From contig OZ024741.1 of the NCBI GenBank assembly GCA_964016885.1, positions 371,938,001 through 372,002,000 on the forward strand: DNA of 64,000 bases, read 5' to 3'. Origin of the DNA: Eledone cirrhosa (Eukaryota). Positions 42,653 to 57,694 of this stretch are shown here, piece by piece. Made by a program: the position numbers and the translations under genes. The notes under the pieces are model-generated. The model ran no database searches. It worked only from the letters and a program-made list of their open reading frames with translations, and was not told the origin of the DNA. The first letter of the stretch is position 1, and each line of letters starts with the position of its first letter.

Positions 42653-43312
42653 TGAGGGGTAAGGTGTGAGTGTATGTACAAGTCAACCAACATAGGTCTT
42701 TTTATTTCTAAACTCTCTAAGTATTTGACTCTTACCATAATTTTCAGTTTTATCACCCCACATAAATTCCTCAATTTGTATGTGTGGATGTGTGTGTGTG
42801 TCTGTGGGAGTGGGTGTGAATGTATGTGCAAGTCAACCAACATAAGTCTTTTTATATGTAAATTTTCTAGTATTCTGCTCTAACCATATTTTTCAGTAGT
42901 ACCACCCTACATAAATTCCTCAATTTAAGAATGACCTGTAGTATCGAATTTCATTCTATAAACCCCAATTTAATATATATCTGACCAGGAATGCTTTTTG
43001 TGAAAATCAGTCATATGGAACTATTGTCATCTTGCCTGGTGGTTTGAACTTTACAACACCACCTGCCAACCCTACTAGCATCTACAAACTGACCAATGAG
43101 AATTAAGATTATTCCTGCTGACAACATTAAATTATTCCTAACAAGCTCATATGTCCCAAGGCTCTGATACAATCAACACCATAAACACAGAGCTGGCATA
43201 TCTAAGAACTGACTAACTGCCTGATGAGGTTATAACCACTCAATGGCTATCATCGAAATATATATAGCAGTAAATAAAGGATTATGAGTTCATGCAATTG
43301 ACTTATGTTTCG
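41440..43312 (+). mobile_element. Neptune-like PLE 3' fragment: GIY-YIG ORF, long 3' UTR, terminal HHR
   Basis: SCNFRDPSLCPL..CMTKNVVYRC..YIGST..DRWYNH..CNICLSE..CRH; HHR at 43216-43271. Confidence 0.85.
43216..43271 (+). ncRNA. Type I hammerhead at PLE 3' end
   Basis: actgc CTGATGA ggttata..tatcatc GAAA tatata TA gcagt, then AATAAA. Confidence 0.8.
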
Positions 43313-43354
<42 letters not shown>

Positions 43355-43734
43355 CATGTACACACATCCACATACATACACACACATCCACATACATACA
43401 CACGCATACATACATATATATGCACATATGCATACATATATACATATATCATCATCATCATCTTCGTTCGCTTTTCACTGCTTGCAAGGGTGGGACGGGT
43501 CCTATTCAGTACAGCATCTCTCCACTCACGAACCAAAGCTGCAACGTTTTTCGAAATATTTACTTCTGCGTTCACAGATTGACTTTTTTAGTTTCAGAAG
43601 ATCCCGTTAAGAGTGAAAGCAGCGATTCTTTGCTTAAACTTTAATCTTATTTTAATAAATTTTTACTCTACGGTTCTTATATATTTGATATATATTTATC
43701 CTCTTTGGATTTTAGTCTTCAAATTTATTATTAT

Positions 43735-43770
<36 letters not shown>

Positions 43771-43779
43771 ATTTGCATA

Positions 43780-44970
43780 TGTATAATAAAGCCAAAACAA
43801 TGCAGGTATGGACATAGAATAAAGAATGCAAATGCAAAAGATATTGTTGACAATTAGTCTTTTACCTTAGGTTTATTTAAATGTCCTTAATTTTCGAGAT
43901 AATATCTCTTCTTCGGAGGGAAGTAAAGCGGTTAAACCAGTGTTCTAAATAGTTTGCCAAGTCATGCTGACAGGAAATGGTATAGAGTATCTGTTCTATC
44001 TCTAATGTCAAAGAGTTAAGGTTAGGTGGATAAAGAGTAGTCTCCCTTTAAAAGGGTTTTTTGTTTGTACATGCCTGTTTAAGTGTGTGGGAGAATGCGT
44101 GAAGGTGTAAGTATGTGAGTGTGTGTGTGTGAGTGTGAGAAGATATGGCTATACGTAAATGTGGGGGATAGATGTTATCTCGTGTTAGAACTGGTCTTTG
44201 TGTGTATGTGTGTGTGTGAGAGAGAATAAGTGGAGGTGTAAGCGTGTGTGTGTGTCTGTGTGTGCGTGCGTGTGTGCGTGTGTGTGGGGGGTGTAAATAT
44301 GGGGCTAGATGCTCTATCAAGTTATAAATTGGGTGTTGAGTTCTAGTCTATTATTGATTGGTGGTTGTGTTTTGTCTATAATTAGTGCTTCCTTAATTCT
44401 AAGATTGCCGCGGTATCTTTCCTTAGATTCTATCCTAACTGTTATGGTTTTGTCGGTGTTTTTGCATTTCACTAGGTGTTTCTTAAATGAGGAAGCGTTA
44501 GTATTGAGGTATTCTTTTATTCTTATGTGGAGTGGTCTGGTGGTGCTACCTACGTAGAAGTTGCTGCATTTGTCACACTCTAGTCTGTATACGACGTAAA
44601 CCTGGTGGCATAGGTCTGTGTCGTTGATGGGGCAGTTGGCTAGCCTGCAGCAGTTGTCATGTCTGGTGGATTGTCTTTTGGTTAGCTGTCCGCGTAGAGA
44701 AGTACCTGAGTGGGCCAGTTGGATATCTAGTCCTTCTCGTCTGATAGCTCTGCGGATGGCTCTTGTTGTTTCGTCACTGAAGTGTGGGAGCTTCAGGAAG
44801 CAAGTGTTAGTGCCTCGGGTGTGGTGTCCTCTGTTCTTTCGGGCACGGTTGTGGTGGATGTCGTGTATCCGTTCAGTTTGAGTACTTCCAGGAAATGTGT
44901 GGTGTGTGTGTCTTGGTCTCTAGCGTCGGTGCATTTGTTCTGGATACGTGCTAATTCGTTCGGAACGAAC
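43780..44970 (-). mobile_element. Penelope-like element 3' fragment of a second clade, with HHR-like motif at about 43885-43919
   Basis: Minus strand reads CPINDTDLCHQVYVVYRLECDKCSNFYVGSTTRPLHIRIKE..LRIKEALII; cct CCGAAGA agagata-t-tatctc GAAA at TA agg. Confidence 0.8.
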
Positions 44971-45365
44971 TAATCCATATTGTAAAGTCCGCAGTGAGAC
45001 ATTCCATTACTGTAGGCTTTTTCTCCCGATAATTTCGACCAGCTAATCCTGTATTCTTGGTTTGTATCCTTAAGCTGCCAGGTTTTATTGGCCAGCATTG
45101 TTGTGTTCACTAGTCTACGGTTCTTTATAGAATGTCTGTGAACGTACCATCTTTTTTCGAACTCCCCAGCCGTAGAACCTGTGTAGTGCCATGCTAAGTT
45201 GCCCGAATTTATAGTACACAGGTACACTATATTTGACTCCAGCCATCTATTTTGTAGTGGGCATTTATCCGGTAAGTGACAGTTACATTTGGAGGCCTTC
45301 CTGTGTGCGGGTTCTCCGATGCGGTTTTGTATGTTTTTATGTATGGGCTGTGATTTGGGTTTATA
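44970..45365 (-). mobile_element. Neptune-like PLE GIY-YIG fragment
   Basis: [27 protein letters not shown]; pseudo-LTR remnant (GAAA tatata TA gtagt AATAAA) at about 45700-45750. Confidence 0.8.
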
Positions 45366-45433
45366 TATGTATATATATATATATGTATATATATGTATAT
45401 ATATATGTATATATATGTATATATATATGTATA

Positions 45434-45687
<254 letters not shown>

Positions 45688-45871
45688 AAATAAAATAAAT
45701 AAGTCAAATATTTAAAATTTGGCTTCCTTTATTACTACTATATATATTTCGGTGACAGTAATGTAAAATAAAATAATTTTACATTACTCCGGTGTAATCA
45801 AACCAACCTGCGCACTTCTTTGAGTGCTTCAATCTGCATACTGAGGTGTTGGTATACAACCAACATATACT

Positions 45872-46003
<132 letters not shown>

Positions 46004-46039
46004 ATATATATATGTATATATATATGACGGCGATGAATT

Positions 46040-46840
<801 letters not shown>

Positions 46841-46899
46841 CATATATATATATACACATATATACATAGATATATACATATATACATATATATATTTAC

Positions 46900-47012
<113 letters not shown>

Positions 47013-47239
47013 ATAAGAAACGGAGAATCAGTGGTGTGACGAATAAGATTTATTAGATATATTACAATCGTTTCTCTGGCGACCAGCTCGAGGCATAATC
47101 GATGCAGTATCAAACCTGACTCTGAAATCGCAAGATCCTCGGATGTCTCGATTCTACGAAACAGATTTATACTCTGCTCTGTAAGAGCATCGAGTACTCA
47201 AAGGCATACCGCTTGGGGATGCTTTAAGCATCCCACACC

Positions 47240-47277
<38 letters not shown>

Positions 47278-47430
47278 AAAATGGAGAACTGCGTGGTTTT
47301 TTAATCACAACTGACTAATTCTATGCAGTCAAATACGGCATAAACACATGTTACTACCTAATTTTCAAATTCGCTAACCGTTTCTAAACAGAGCCTGGTT
47401 TATGTCTCCCTATTTATATGCACATATATA

Positions 47431-47461
<31 letters not shown>

Positions 47462-47474
47462 GTAAGTATGCATA

Positions 47475-47558
<84 letters not shown>

Positions 47559-48163
47559 TGGTACCTTGACTTACAAGTTTAATTCGTTCTGTGACGGAGC
47601 TCGTAACTCAAATTACTCGTATGTCAAATCAATTTTCGCCATTGAAATGAATTGAAATGCCATTAATCCGTCCCGGGGCCCCAAAAAACACCGCAACTTT
47701 TGTTTTGTTTTTATTTGTTTTTTTTTTGTTACGTGTTTTTAAATAAGAAAAATGTACTTATAAATAACGAATATTGCATAAAAAAAATAATACCATAGAA
47801 TGTGCTGCAATAAACTGATTTTATTAAGTACTAGCAGAATGGCCCGGCGTTGCTAGGGATTCTAAACATAGATTGGCATGTTTATGCCTCCTTTCTGAAA
47901 CAGTACAGAGAGGTACGGAATACCTCGGCCTCGGGATGGTGTCTACATTTTGTGCTTATAAAAGAAATTCCACGTAGATTTCCAGGGGTTTAACTTAATT
48001 GGGTGCCTGAGAGTAAAATGTTCAACCCATATTTTAATATATATACTAAAATAACAGATTAAAGTTTAAGCAAAGAATCGCTGCTTTCACCCTTAACAGG
48101 ATCTTCTGAAACTAAAAAAATCAATCTGTGAACGCAGAAGTAAATATTTCGAAAAACGTTACA

Positions 48164-48231
<68 letters not shown>

Positions 48232-48239
48232 GCACACAC

Positions 48240-48343
<104 letters not shown>

Positions 48344-48377
48344 GTAGTTTCAGATATTCAAGTCCTTTAATAATAAT

Positions 48378-48536
48378 TGTTTCTACGTTAGGCACAAGGC
48401 CACCAATTACCCAGTGTATTACTGGTACTTTATTTTATCGACCCTGTAAGGATGAAAGGCAAAGTTAACCTCGGCGGGATTTGAACTCAGACCATAAAGG
48501 GCCGTAACTCTTTGCTGCAAAGCATAGCGTCAGACC
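48378..48536 (-). mobile_element. Nin/Deu-type SINE
   Basis: TSD caagtcctttaataataat at 48359-48377 and 48537-48555. Confidence 0.88.
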
Positions 48537-48555
48537 CAAGTCCTTTAATAATAAT

Positions 48556-48629
48556 GCTGTGATATATATTTCAGTGACGACACTGGCCACACTGTTCTGT
48601 GTGCGAGTGGCGTGTCATCATCAGACAGC
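48556..48629 (-). ncRNA. Type I hammerhead with extended stem II
   Basis: gctgt CTGATGA tgacacgccac..gtggccagtgtcgtcact GAAA tatata TC acagc. Confidence 0.75.
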
Positions 48630-50543
48630 TTGTTACATAATAAGGTTATGTTTCCGAGGTAATCCAAATTGGATCGACATGGGAACGGATGAATTGCGTG
48701 TTTTGGGGTTTTTCATCCGCTCCCTTGTGAGTACCAATTCACCCCCACCGGCCTGCGCAAGTGCATGTCCGAAGGAAGTTGACCATTAGCCACCGCAGAT
48801 TTCAACGAAATTTGCTTAGTCAGTTCACCCTGTCAGCCAAAACAATGGCCCACCAATGCCTGTACCATATTTTACTGCTACCCATCACGGCTGTGGCAGT
48901 CAGCCGAGAGCCAGAGGGGATGGGAGAGTGTTAGTTCTTACAGGTCATAATACTACCCCTCACTAAGCGTTGACGGTACGACTGACCATCACCTTATAAG
49001 GGAAAATAAACGTATTCTAGGTATCATAGTTTTACGTTGGAAGTTAAGGGTGAGAGTTGGAAATAAAAATTAAAATCCTAAATCAAATATCAGAAATTAT
49101 AAATTAAACAATTAAGAAATTAACAATTAGAAATTAAAGAATTAAAAAAAGAATTAAAAAAATTCTTTTCAGGTGATAATTCGGATTGAGGTGAGTAAAT
49201 ATATAGACTGAAGTGAGTAAATAATATGGAGAGAGATGTTTAAGTAATATGTTCTGAGAGGGATTCTAGTGTCGCAGTTACTCTATCCACATATTGAACG
49301 ACAGTGCCGTACATTATAACTACAGGGCTCCAGGCATTAGTGAATCTGGTACACAGTCCTAATTTCCATCACATGGAACAAAATCAAAGAAAGACAGACA
49401 TAAAGTACACAAAAGAAAAGAACAGAACCAATAGTGAATAAATGCAAAAACACAGAGTACATATATGCAAAATGATCCATATGATTGTCCATCTGTCCAT
49501 GTATAGATTGAATTGAAGGGGCCTCTGTTCAAATGCGATTTGGTGCAGGAAAATAGGGGTTTATCCTATTATTTGTTTCCGCGTATTTATCCTGCCGAAA
49601 GTTACTATTATGTCCGTCCAGTGTAAGGGGTTTCCATCCCCATGGTAGAGGGAATTTCCGGGGTAGCTTATGGTTGGTTCCTCTCTTCTCCACCATATCG
49701 GTTACATTGTAAAGCGCTCAACTAATTGGAGCTAAATTATTATATATGTGTATATATATATATATACACATACACACACTATATATATATACATATGTAC
49801 ACACACAGACACAGATAGCGAAGTCAATGTTTTCATAATGTCGTAATGCAGACAGCCAGGCATACAGACATATATTATAAGGGCGAGACGTTATAGCTAT
49901 GTATCTATCTAAAAAGACAGACTAAAAAAGAGAGAGAGATCGCTAACCGGCGCTCGATGCGGTCCCTAGGGCATTGAAAATTTGAAATATATTTTACTCA
50001 AAGCACTCACACGACCATAAGTATTACATGTGTGAAGTTTGAAAAAAATCGGTTGGGTGGTTCTCGAGTTTTAGGGAGACAGACAGACAGACATTCTCTG
50101 TTTTAGATATACTAGCAGAATTGCCCGGTGTTGCTCGGGATTCTAAACATAGATTGGCATGTTTATCCCTCCTTTCTGAAACAGTTTCGTCCTATGTTCA
50201 CCAATTGACGCAGAAGTCCTAATAAAAAGTGAAGTCGCGTTGGGTGAATAGGCAAATAATTTTACATTAAGATTTTTCAAAAACATGTAATTGCGTTCCC
50301 TCTCTTTTTTGTTGTTGTTTTTGCTGCTGTCAAGCCTCGTGAAATAAATACGTTTGTTTATATTTTGTTTTTGTGTGTACAAAAACATCTGTACACGAAT
50401 ATATAATTATATATATATATATATTAAAATAACAGATTAAAGTTTAAGCGAAGAATCGGTGCTTTCACCCTTAACGGGTTCTTCTGAAACTAAAAAAATC
50501 AATCTGTGAACGCAGAAGTAAATATTTCGAAAAACGTTACACA

Positions 50544-50613
<70 letters not shown>

Positions 50614-51576
50614 TATATACACATATATACACACACACACACAGATAGTGTCATAATGTTGTAATGCAGACAGTCAGACATACAGACAGATATTATAAGC
50701 GCGCGACGTTGTAGCTATGTATCTATCTAAAAAGACAGACTAAGAAGTATAGAGAGATCGCTAAACGGCGCCTAATATTGTCCCTAGGGCATTGAAAGTT
50801 TGAAATATCTCTTGCTCAAAACACTCACACGACCATAAATATTACATGTGTAAAGTTTGAAAAAAATTGGTTGGGTGGTTCTCGAGTTTTAGGGAGTCAG
50901 ACAGACAGATAGACAGACATACATTCTCTGTTTTAGATATATAGACTAGCAGAATGGCCCGGCATTGCTCGAGATTTGCTCTAGGGTTCTTATATATTTG
51001 ATATATATTTATCCTTATCGAGCCTCGTGAAATAAATACGTTTGTTTATATTTTGTTATTGTGTATGGAAAATTATCTGTACATTAATATATAATTTTAT
51101 ATATATATATATGTATATTAAAATAACAGATTAAAGTTTAAGCAAAGAATCGCTGCTTTCATCCTTAAAGGGATATTCTGAAACTAAAAAAATCAATCTG
51201 TGAACACAGAAGTAAATATTTCAAAAGCGTTACACACTATATATATATATATATATATACATCTATACACAAACACACATACACGCACACGCACGCACCG
51301 CGTCATAATGTCGTAATGCAGACATACAGACAGATATTATAAGGGCGCAACGTTATATCTATGTATCTATCTAAAAAGAGAAAGACTAAGAATTATAGAA
51401 AGAGATCGCTTAATCGCCTAATGCGGTCCCTAGAGCATTGACAATTTGAAATTGCTTAAAACACTCACAGGACCATAAGTATTACATGTGTAAAGTTTGA
51501 AAACAATCGGTTGGATGGTTCTCGAGTTTTAGTGATCGGACAGACAGACAGACATTCTCGGTTTTAAATATATAGA

Positions 51577-52600
51577 CTAGCAGAAAACCACCCGGTGGGC
51601 GGTTTTCTGCTAGCAAATCTAGTGTATATACTGATATTGTTGAGATTTGGATGAGAAATGTTTTCGGCACCACATGTTCACCGTCTCTCGGTGTGTCTTT
51701 TATGCATGTATAAATATATATGTTATCTATACGGTGAAATCTTTAAAATAAATATATGTTAAAACGAAAAAGGAGAAAATAAATAACTGGCGGTTAGAAA
51801 AAAATATTCCTATGAAATTTTAATCATACCATTAGGTGTGAATAAGGAAATTTTTTTTTATTGTCAAAACAAATGTTCAAAAGTTAAACTTCAATTTTTT
51901 TAATTATTTCCAATTTTTTCATGAAATCGAACACTGGACATTGGCTGCTGGAAATGGAAATGAAATCGTATTTAATTGTATTTAAATTTCTAACCTTATT
52001 TTATTATTTATATTTTTTCAATAAGAAATGAAAAAAAAAAAAAAAAAAATTGAAGAAAAAAATTGAACAAATCAAACGTAGGTTATGGAACTGCGCAATC
52101 TGATTAATAAATTACCTCATCAGCAGCAACCTTCTTCAAATGGTCCTTATTATCAGCAGCAACAACCACAAATTCAATGGCAACCTTCTTCAAACCACAA
52201 ATTCAATGGCAACCTTCTTCAAATGGTTCTTATTATCAGCAGCAACAACCACAAATTCAATGGCAACCTTCTTCAAACCACAAATTCAATGGCAACCTTC
52301 TTCGCATGGTGTCAAGTCAGAACCGCCTCGAACTGGTTACTTCTGGCTTGTGCAAGGTGTCTCTATAGCAACCAGCGATTCCCTCGGCCTCAGTGACCAA
52401 AGTCAGTGGAGAGGGGAAGGTAATGTTTCTATAGCACGTGTTGTAGCGTCTATTCACTCTCTCTCTCTCTCCCTCTCTCCCTCCCGCTATCCCCCTCTCG
52501 TAGTCTGTCTCTTTCTTTCACTCTCACTCTCTCTCTACGCACGTGTTTCCACTGTCGGACAGACAGACAGAGAAATTGCTGGTTATATATATAAGTAGAT
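51577..52600 (-). mobile_element. Further Helitron-like element with internal minisatellite (52120-52302)
   Basis: Hairpin/CTAG end at 51577-51625; gacagacagagaaattgctggttatatatataagtaga 5'-type end; caaattcaatggcaaccttcttcaaa repeats. Confidence 0.55.
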
Positions 52601-52806
52601 AATGTACAGCATTTACTTTGGAGATCAGACGACTTGAGGATGTTGATGGAGGTGGAGGAGAAAAGCTTAACTGAATAATTGAATCTTATTCGCTGATTTT
52701 TGCCCTTTTCGCCACGCTTTCCTCACTTTTATCTGCAGGAGTTTTCGATAAAACCTGTCTAATGAGGTTTGTTTTATCCTCGACCTCAGAATGTTTCTGA
52801 AATGAG

Positions 52807-52848
52807 TTAGGGTTAGGGTTAGCGTTACGGTTAGGGTTAGAGTTAGGG
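52807..52848 (+). repeat. Interstitial telomeric repeat (TTAGGG)7, partly degenerate
   Basis: ttaggg ttaggg ttagcg ttacgg ttaggg ttagag ttaggg inside the Tigger ORF. Confidence 0.85.
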
Positions 52849-54559
52849 TCTTTAAATAGCGCCGTAGCACACCCAGTTGCAATTTTTTCTGGGTGATTCG
52901 TTTAATAAAGTCCGAAAGTTTCTCCCACATTCCCAATATTTCCTTCATCTCACTTGTAGAGATAACATCCTCCGTGTCACCTACTTCCTGCAAAACCTCC
53001 ATGTGCTGCTGCGTCTGTAGCTCATTTAGATCCTCCGTTGTCAGTTCCTCGGAGTGCTCCTCGATGAGCTCGTTGATGTCACCTTCATCCATGTCCAGAC
53101 CCATGGACTTGCCGAGGGATACAATCTCCTCCACCACTGCCGCTTCGGGTTCGAGCCTTTCAAAGACCGTGTCAGACACAACCTCAGGCCACTGCTTCTT
53201 CCACGCAGAGGTCAAGGTCCTCTTTGTAACACCCTGCCAGGCCATATCGATAATTCTGAGGCATATCACGATGTTATAGTGGCCCTTCCAGAACTCTCGA
53301 AGGGTGAGGTTTGTGCTCTCCGTCACCTCAAAGCAGCGGCGGAACAAGTGCTTGGTGAAATGGTTCTTGAAATTAGAAATCACCTACTGTTCCGTGGGTT
53401 GCAGGATAGGGGTGGTGTTGGGTGGAAGGTAGATAACCTTTATAAACTTGAACTCTTAGAGGTTAGGTGGGTGAGCAGGTGCATTGTCCAGGATGAGAAG
53501 GGTTTGCAGGGGCAGGTTATTTTCCTTAACATCAAAACCAGAGACCAAATTCACCCACACCACAAAGATTGCCTGGCGACCCACCCCCTCGGTTTGCCCT
53601 CCACACATCCTGCAGTTTTTTTCTTTCAGAATCTTATGTGACTTAAAGGCTCTGGCGTTTTCCGAATGATAAACGAGCAGCGGCTTAATCTTACAGTCGC
53701 CGCTCGCATTGGCACACAGTGTGAGGGTTAACCTATCTTTCGTGGTTTGTGGCCTGGCATCCTCTTCTCTGCCGTTATATAAGCCCTCCTTGGCATCTTC
53801 TTCCAAAAAAGTCCTGTCTCATCAAAGTTGAAGACATGCTGAGGGATGTCTGCTTTGGCTGCTATAATTCCGGCAAAGATTTTGAGGTAATCCTCAGCTG
53901 CCTCCATATCCGCAGTCATTGCCTCACCATGCCTGACAACAGAGTGAATGCCGGTCCTCCTTTTAAAATTCTCGAACGAGCCCCGACTGGCTTTAAACGG
54001 TTTGCCCGATGCCTCGTCCGTCGAAGTACCTGGGGTCTGCTGCAGCAAATCAGCGTAAATAGCTTGTGCCTTCACGCAGATTATAGTCTCTGTCACGGTA
54101 TCCCCTGCGAGCTGCTTCTCCGTCAACCACGCTATAGATAGATGTCCGCTGTTTAGAAATTATTTTAACTCCCTTGGCTGGCGTTATAGCCTTTATCGAT
54201 TCCCTCTGCTTCAGTATGGTGCAGATCGTAAAAGTGCTACACTCGTACTGCTTCGCCAAGTCGACTACACGCATGCTATGGTCGTTTTTCGATAATGTCT
54301 TTCTTTAATTTAATGCACATCATCCGCTTCTTCTCACCACTGTCCTTCGCGCTCATTTTCTTCGGACCTATGGGATGCTGGGCGGATGTTACGGCGTTCA
54401 CTGTGGCGATCGCTACGCCAACTAGCGGAGGGATATCTAAAGCTGGCTCGTAACCCGAATTTTAGCTCGCAACTGAAAGAAAAATATCGGCCGAGAGACG
54501 GCTCGTATCTCGAAACACTGGTTAGTTGCGACACTCGTAAGTCAAGGAACCACTGTATA

Positions 54560-55996
54560 TCATAATCTATAAAGCTCAGTGTATGGACATGCTCCTTTGT
54601 TATAGAAATCTACGATATAGAATTTCTTCAATTGAAATTTACAATTCAGTATTCAAAATAGCTTCGATTGCGTCTTGGCACATCTAATTTTTTCAATTTC
54701 ACCCACAATTACGCAAAAAATAGATAAAACTCAATATTTTACGATTTTTCTCTCTCATTTAAAGTGCTAAACTCTATCCACTACCATTCAAAATCTATAC
54801 AACTTCATACTTTCTGCTACTTTCTCTTTCCAAGCTTGATGGTGATACTGTCCGTTTTACTCTCTCATATCATCTGCCTACCTCTATCTACAACCCACAC
54901 ATTTTGCTATTTTCTCTTTTATACTTCAAAATTACTGATTTATTTACAAACGCATACAAACACACACTCACTTCAAATGATAAAAAAACATTTAAAGCAA
55001 TTAAACAACGTGCGTGATTTATAACCACACTAACTTTTAGTTGCTCAACGAAACGACAATTATTCAAAAGCAACAGATACATTTATTCAACAACAAGCGA
55101 TAAATCTTTTTTCAAACCTCTCAACGAACGTGGATTCTTACAGACTTTGAGTCGAATCGGTTTGAAATTGTGCAAATGTATAAACATGGAACATGTGCAC
55201 ACACACAACAACAACAACAATCTGCCTTTTATAGATAATGATAAACAATAATATCCTCTATGAGGTCACTAAACCTGCTAGAAACAGCAGCTAACTCTCC
55301 CCCATACCACACCCCTCCCTACTGTCTTAAATTTAAAAAATATCTTCTATGAGGTCACTAAACCTGCTAGAAACAGCAGCTAACTCTCCCCCATATCACA
55401 CCACTCCCTACTGTCTTAAATTTAGAAAACACATATCCTCTATGAGGTTACTAAACCTGCTAGAAACAGCAGCTAACTCTCCCCCATATCACACCCCTCC
55501 CTACTGTCTTAAATTTAGAAAACATATCTTCTATGAGGTCACTAAACCTGCTAGAAACAGCAGCTAACTCTCCCCCATATCACACCACTCCCTACTGTCT
55601 TAAATTTAGAAAACACATATCCTCTATGAGGTCACTAAACCTGCTAGAAACAACAGCTAACTCTCCCTCATATCACAACCCTCCCTACTGTCTTAAATTT
55701 AGAAAACACACAGACAACCATGCAGAACAACTCCAGCGCAGCTCTGTTGTTCGGCTGGCATCGTCTACGCGCGTGTTGCGCAAGTACTGTGAAACAATAA
55801 ATTTCAACACTTTTTTGCACAGACATAATATCCATAGGCGAAACTACAATTGTCACTGCTGGCGCAGCTCTAGCTTCCAGGTCTGCAATTCATTCACCCA
55901 GTGCCTGGCAGACAAAAAAGTGCTGCCATAAAATGGGTGGTGCAACCTAACTTTGGTGACTTAATGACGCCGAGCAACGCCGGGCTTTAATGCTAG
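54560..55996 (+). mobile_element. Helitron-like non-autonomous element(s)
   Basis: 5' tcataatctataaag; 3' ccgagcaacgccggg..CTAGT; an opposite-strand Helitron 5' end lies at 55145-55240. Confidence 0.65.
55252..55710. repeat. About 91-bp minisatellite, 5 copies
   Basis: ctatgaggtcactaaacctgctagaaacagcagctaactctcccccat..ctactgtcttaaatttagaaaa. Confidence 0.95.
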
Positions 55997-56128
55997 TATA
56001 TATATATTACGTATGGGTAATATCGAATATTAATAATAATATTCGTTTCGTTTGCAAGCAAACGGCTGTGCTGTGGTTTGATGACCAACGTCATACGTTT
56101 GTTCAACAGCGTGACGTGTATATATATA

Positions 56129-56256
<128 letters not shown>

Positions 56257-56339
56257 TGTACGTATGCATACTTTTATTTATGTATCAGCTGTGCTAGAGC
56301 GAGAAATACAATTCTAATTTTATAACAATATTTCTAATT

Positions 56340-56860
56340 TTATAACAAAGCATATCATAACAATATTACGCACAATTATTTCACCTCAAATGGCCCCGCT
56401 CTCTTTAACATTACACCAAAACATTAAGACAGAAACAGATCCCATAAAATTCAAAAAGTCTTTGTACAAATTCCTTCAAGAAATCCCGGATAAACCTCCT
56501 ACACCCGAATATGTCTCCGTAAACAATAACTCTCTACTTGAGTGGGCCATGGTGTCCAAATCCTGATTTGAAAGACTTCGCCAGGTTGTGCTTTTAAGTT
56601 AGACATGGCCTGGACCAATACTGGCCGAAACCTATCAAAGTTAACAAAGTTATATATATATATATAACGAAGGAGTTGTGGTAAGGAACCAGGTGGACCA
56701 TAACGCACCAGAGTACTCAATACATAGGGTAGTAGAGTGGGTCATACATTGTACAAAGACTTTTTGAATTTTATGGGATCTGTTTATGTTTTAATGTGTT
56801 TGGTGTAATGTTAAAGAGAGCGGGGCCATTTGAGGTGAAATAATTGTGCGTAATATTACG
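56340..56860. mobile_element. CR1/L2-like LINE 3' end with inverted duplicate
   Basis: Reads ..FLQEIPDKPPTPEYVSVNNNSLLEWA; 56367-56468 is inverted at 56749-56856. Confidence 0.55.
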
Positions 56861-57149
56861 TCGTTATGTCGACCGAGAAGAACAATTTCATGCAAAGACA
56901 AGACCAAGTTTACGGTATAAATGGAGTCGTTAGACTAAAATTCTATTTAAAATAATAGAATGATTTCCAGCCCCGGAGTTTAAGAATGATGTAAATAAAA
57001 TTGAAAACGAAAATGACAGAGGTTATTAAAATAGTAAAAGTAAATAATGAAGATTTAGGCCAGTACATACGTATGTACCGACGGACATACACTTACATAT
57101 ACATACGCACACACAAATACATACACACACACAAACACACACACACACA

Positions 57150-57593
57150 CGCGCGCGTGTGTGTGTCTAAACCTTATGCATTTCTACAGTATTTTCACCA
57201 AACTTAAGACATAGGTTACTTATGTACTCCGGATGGTCATGGGCACTTTCATTTTTCCAGATATTGATTATAGGGCCTCCCGGCAGATAACTCCCTTTAA
57301 CCACTTCTTTGGAGTCGACTGAAGCATTGCAGTGCAATGCAACAAAACGTCATAACTTCTGGAGTTCGCAACCGATTTTCTCAAAACTTGACACATGGGC
57401 TACGTTTGTTCTACAGATGAATGTGAATTTGGCACATATTGAGTAGGGGACCCCTGGGGGCAGGAACCCCCTTTGGGAAAAAGCCGATGATTTTGTAAAA
57501 GTATAGTTTTCGAAGAAGCACTGAAGTATTGACATAAATAGTATACATAACTGCTATTTAATACCCCGAGCAACGCCGGGTACCTCTGCTAGT
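57150..57593 (+). mobile_element. Helitron-like non-autonomous element
   Basis: 3' cccgagcaacgccgggtacctctgCTAGT; left boundary approximate. Confidence 0.65.
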
Positions 57594-57694
57594 ATATATA
57601 TATAATCAGATTATGCGTTAGTTTAACACAAACATTTCAGTATGCAGGGTAGAGCACTCAACGAAGGCCACAAGAGGGTATGTTAACTCTGGAG

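Noticed and set aside
52085-52396. Q-rich ORF
   Set aside because: Product of a 24/33-bp minisatellite within a repeat.
55252-55710. Regular repeat resembling a CRISPR array
   Set aside because: No unique spacers, no cas genes, eukaryotic context; it is a minisatellite.
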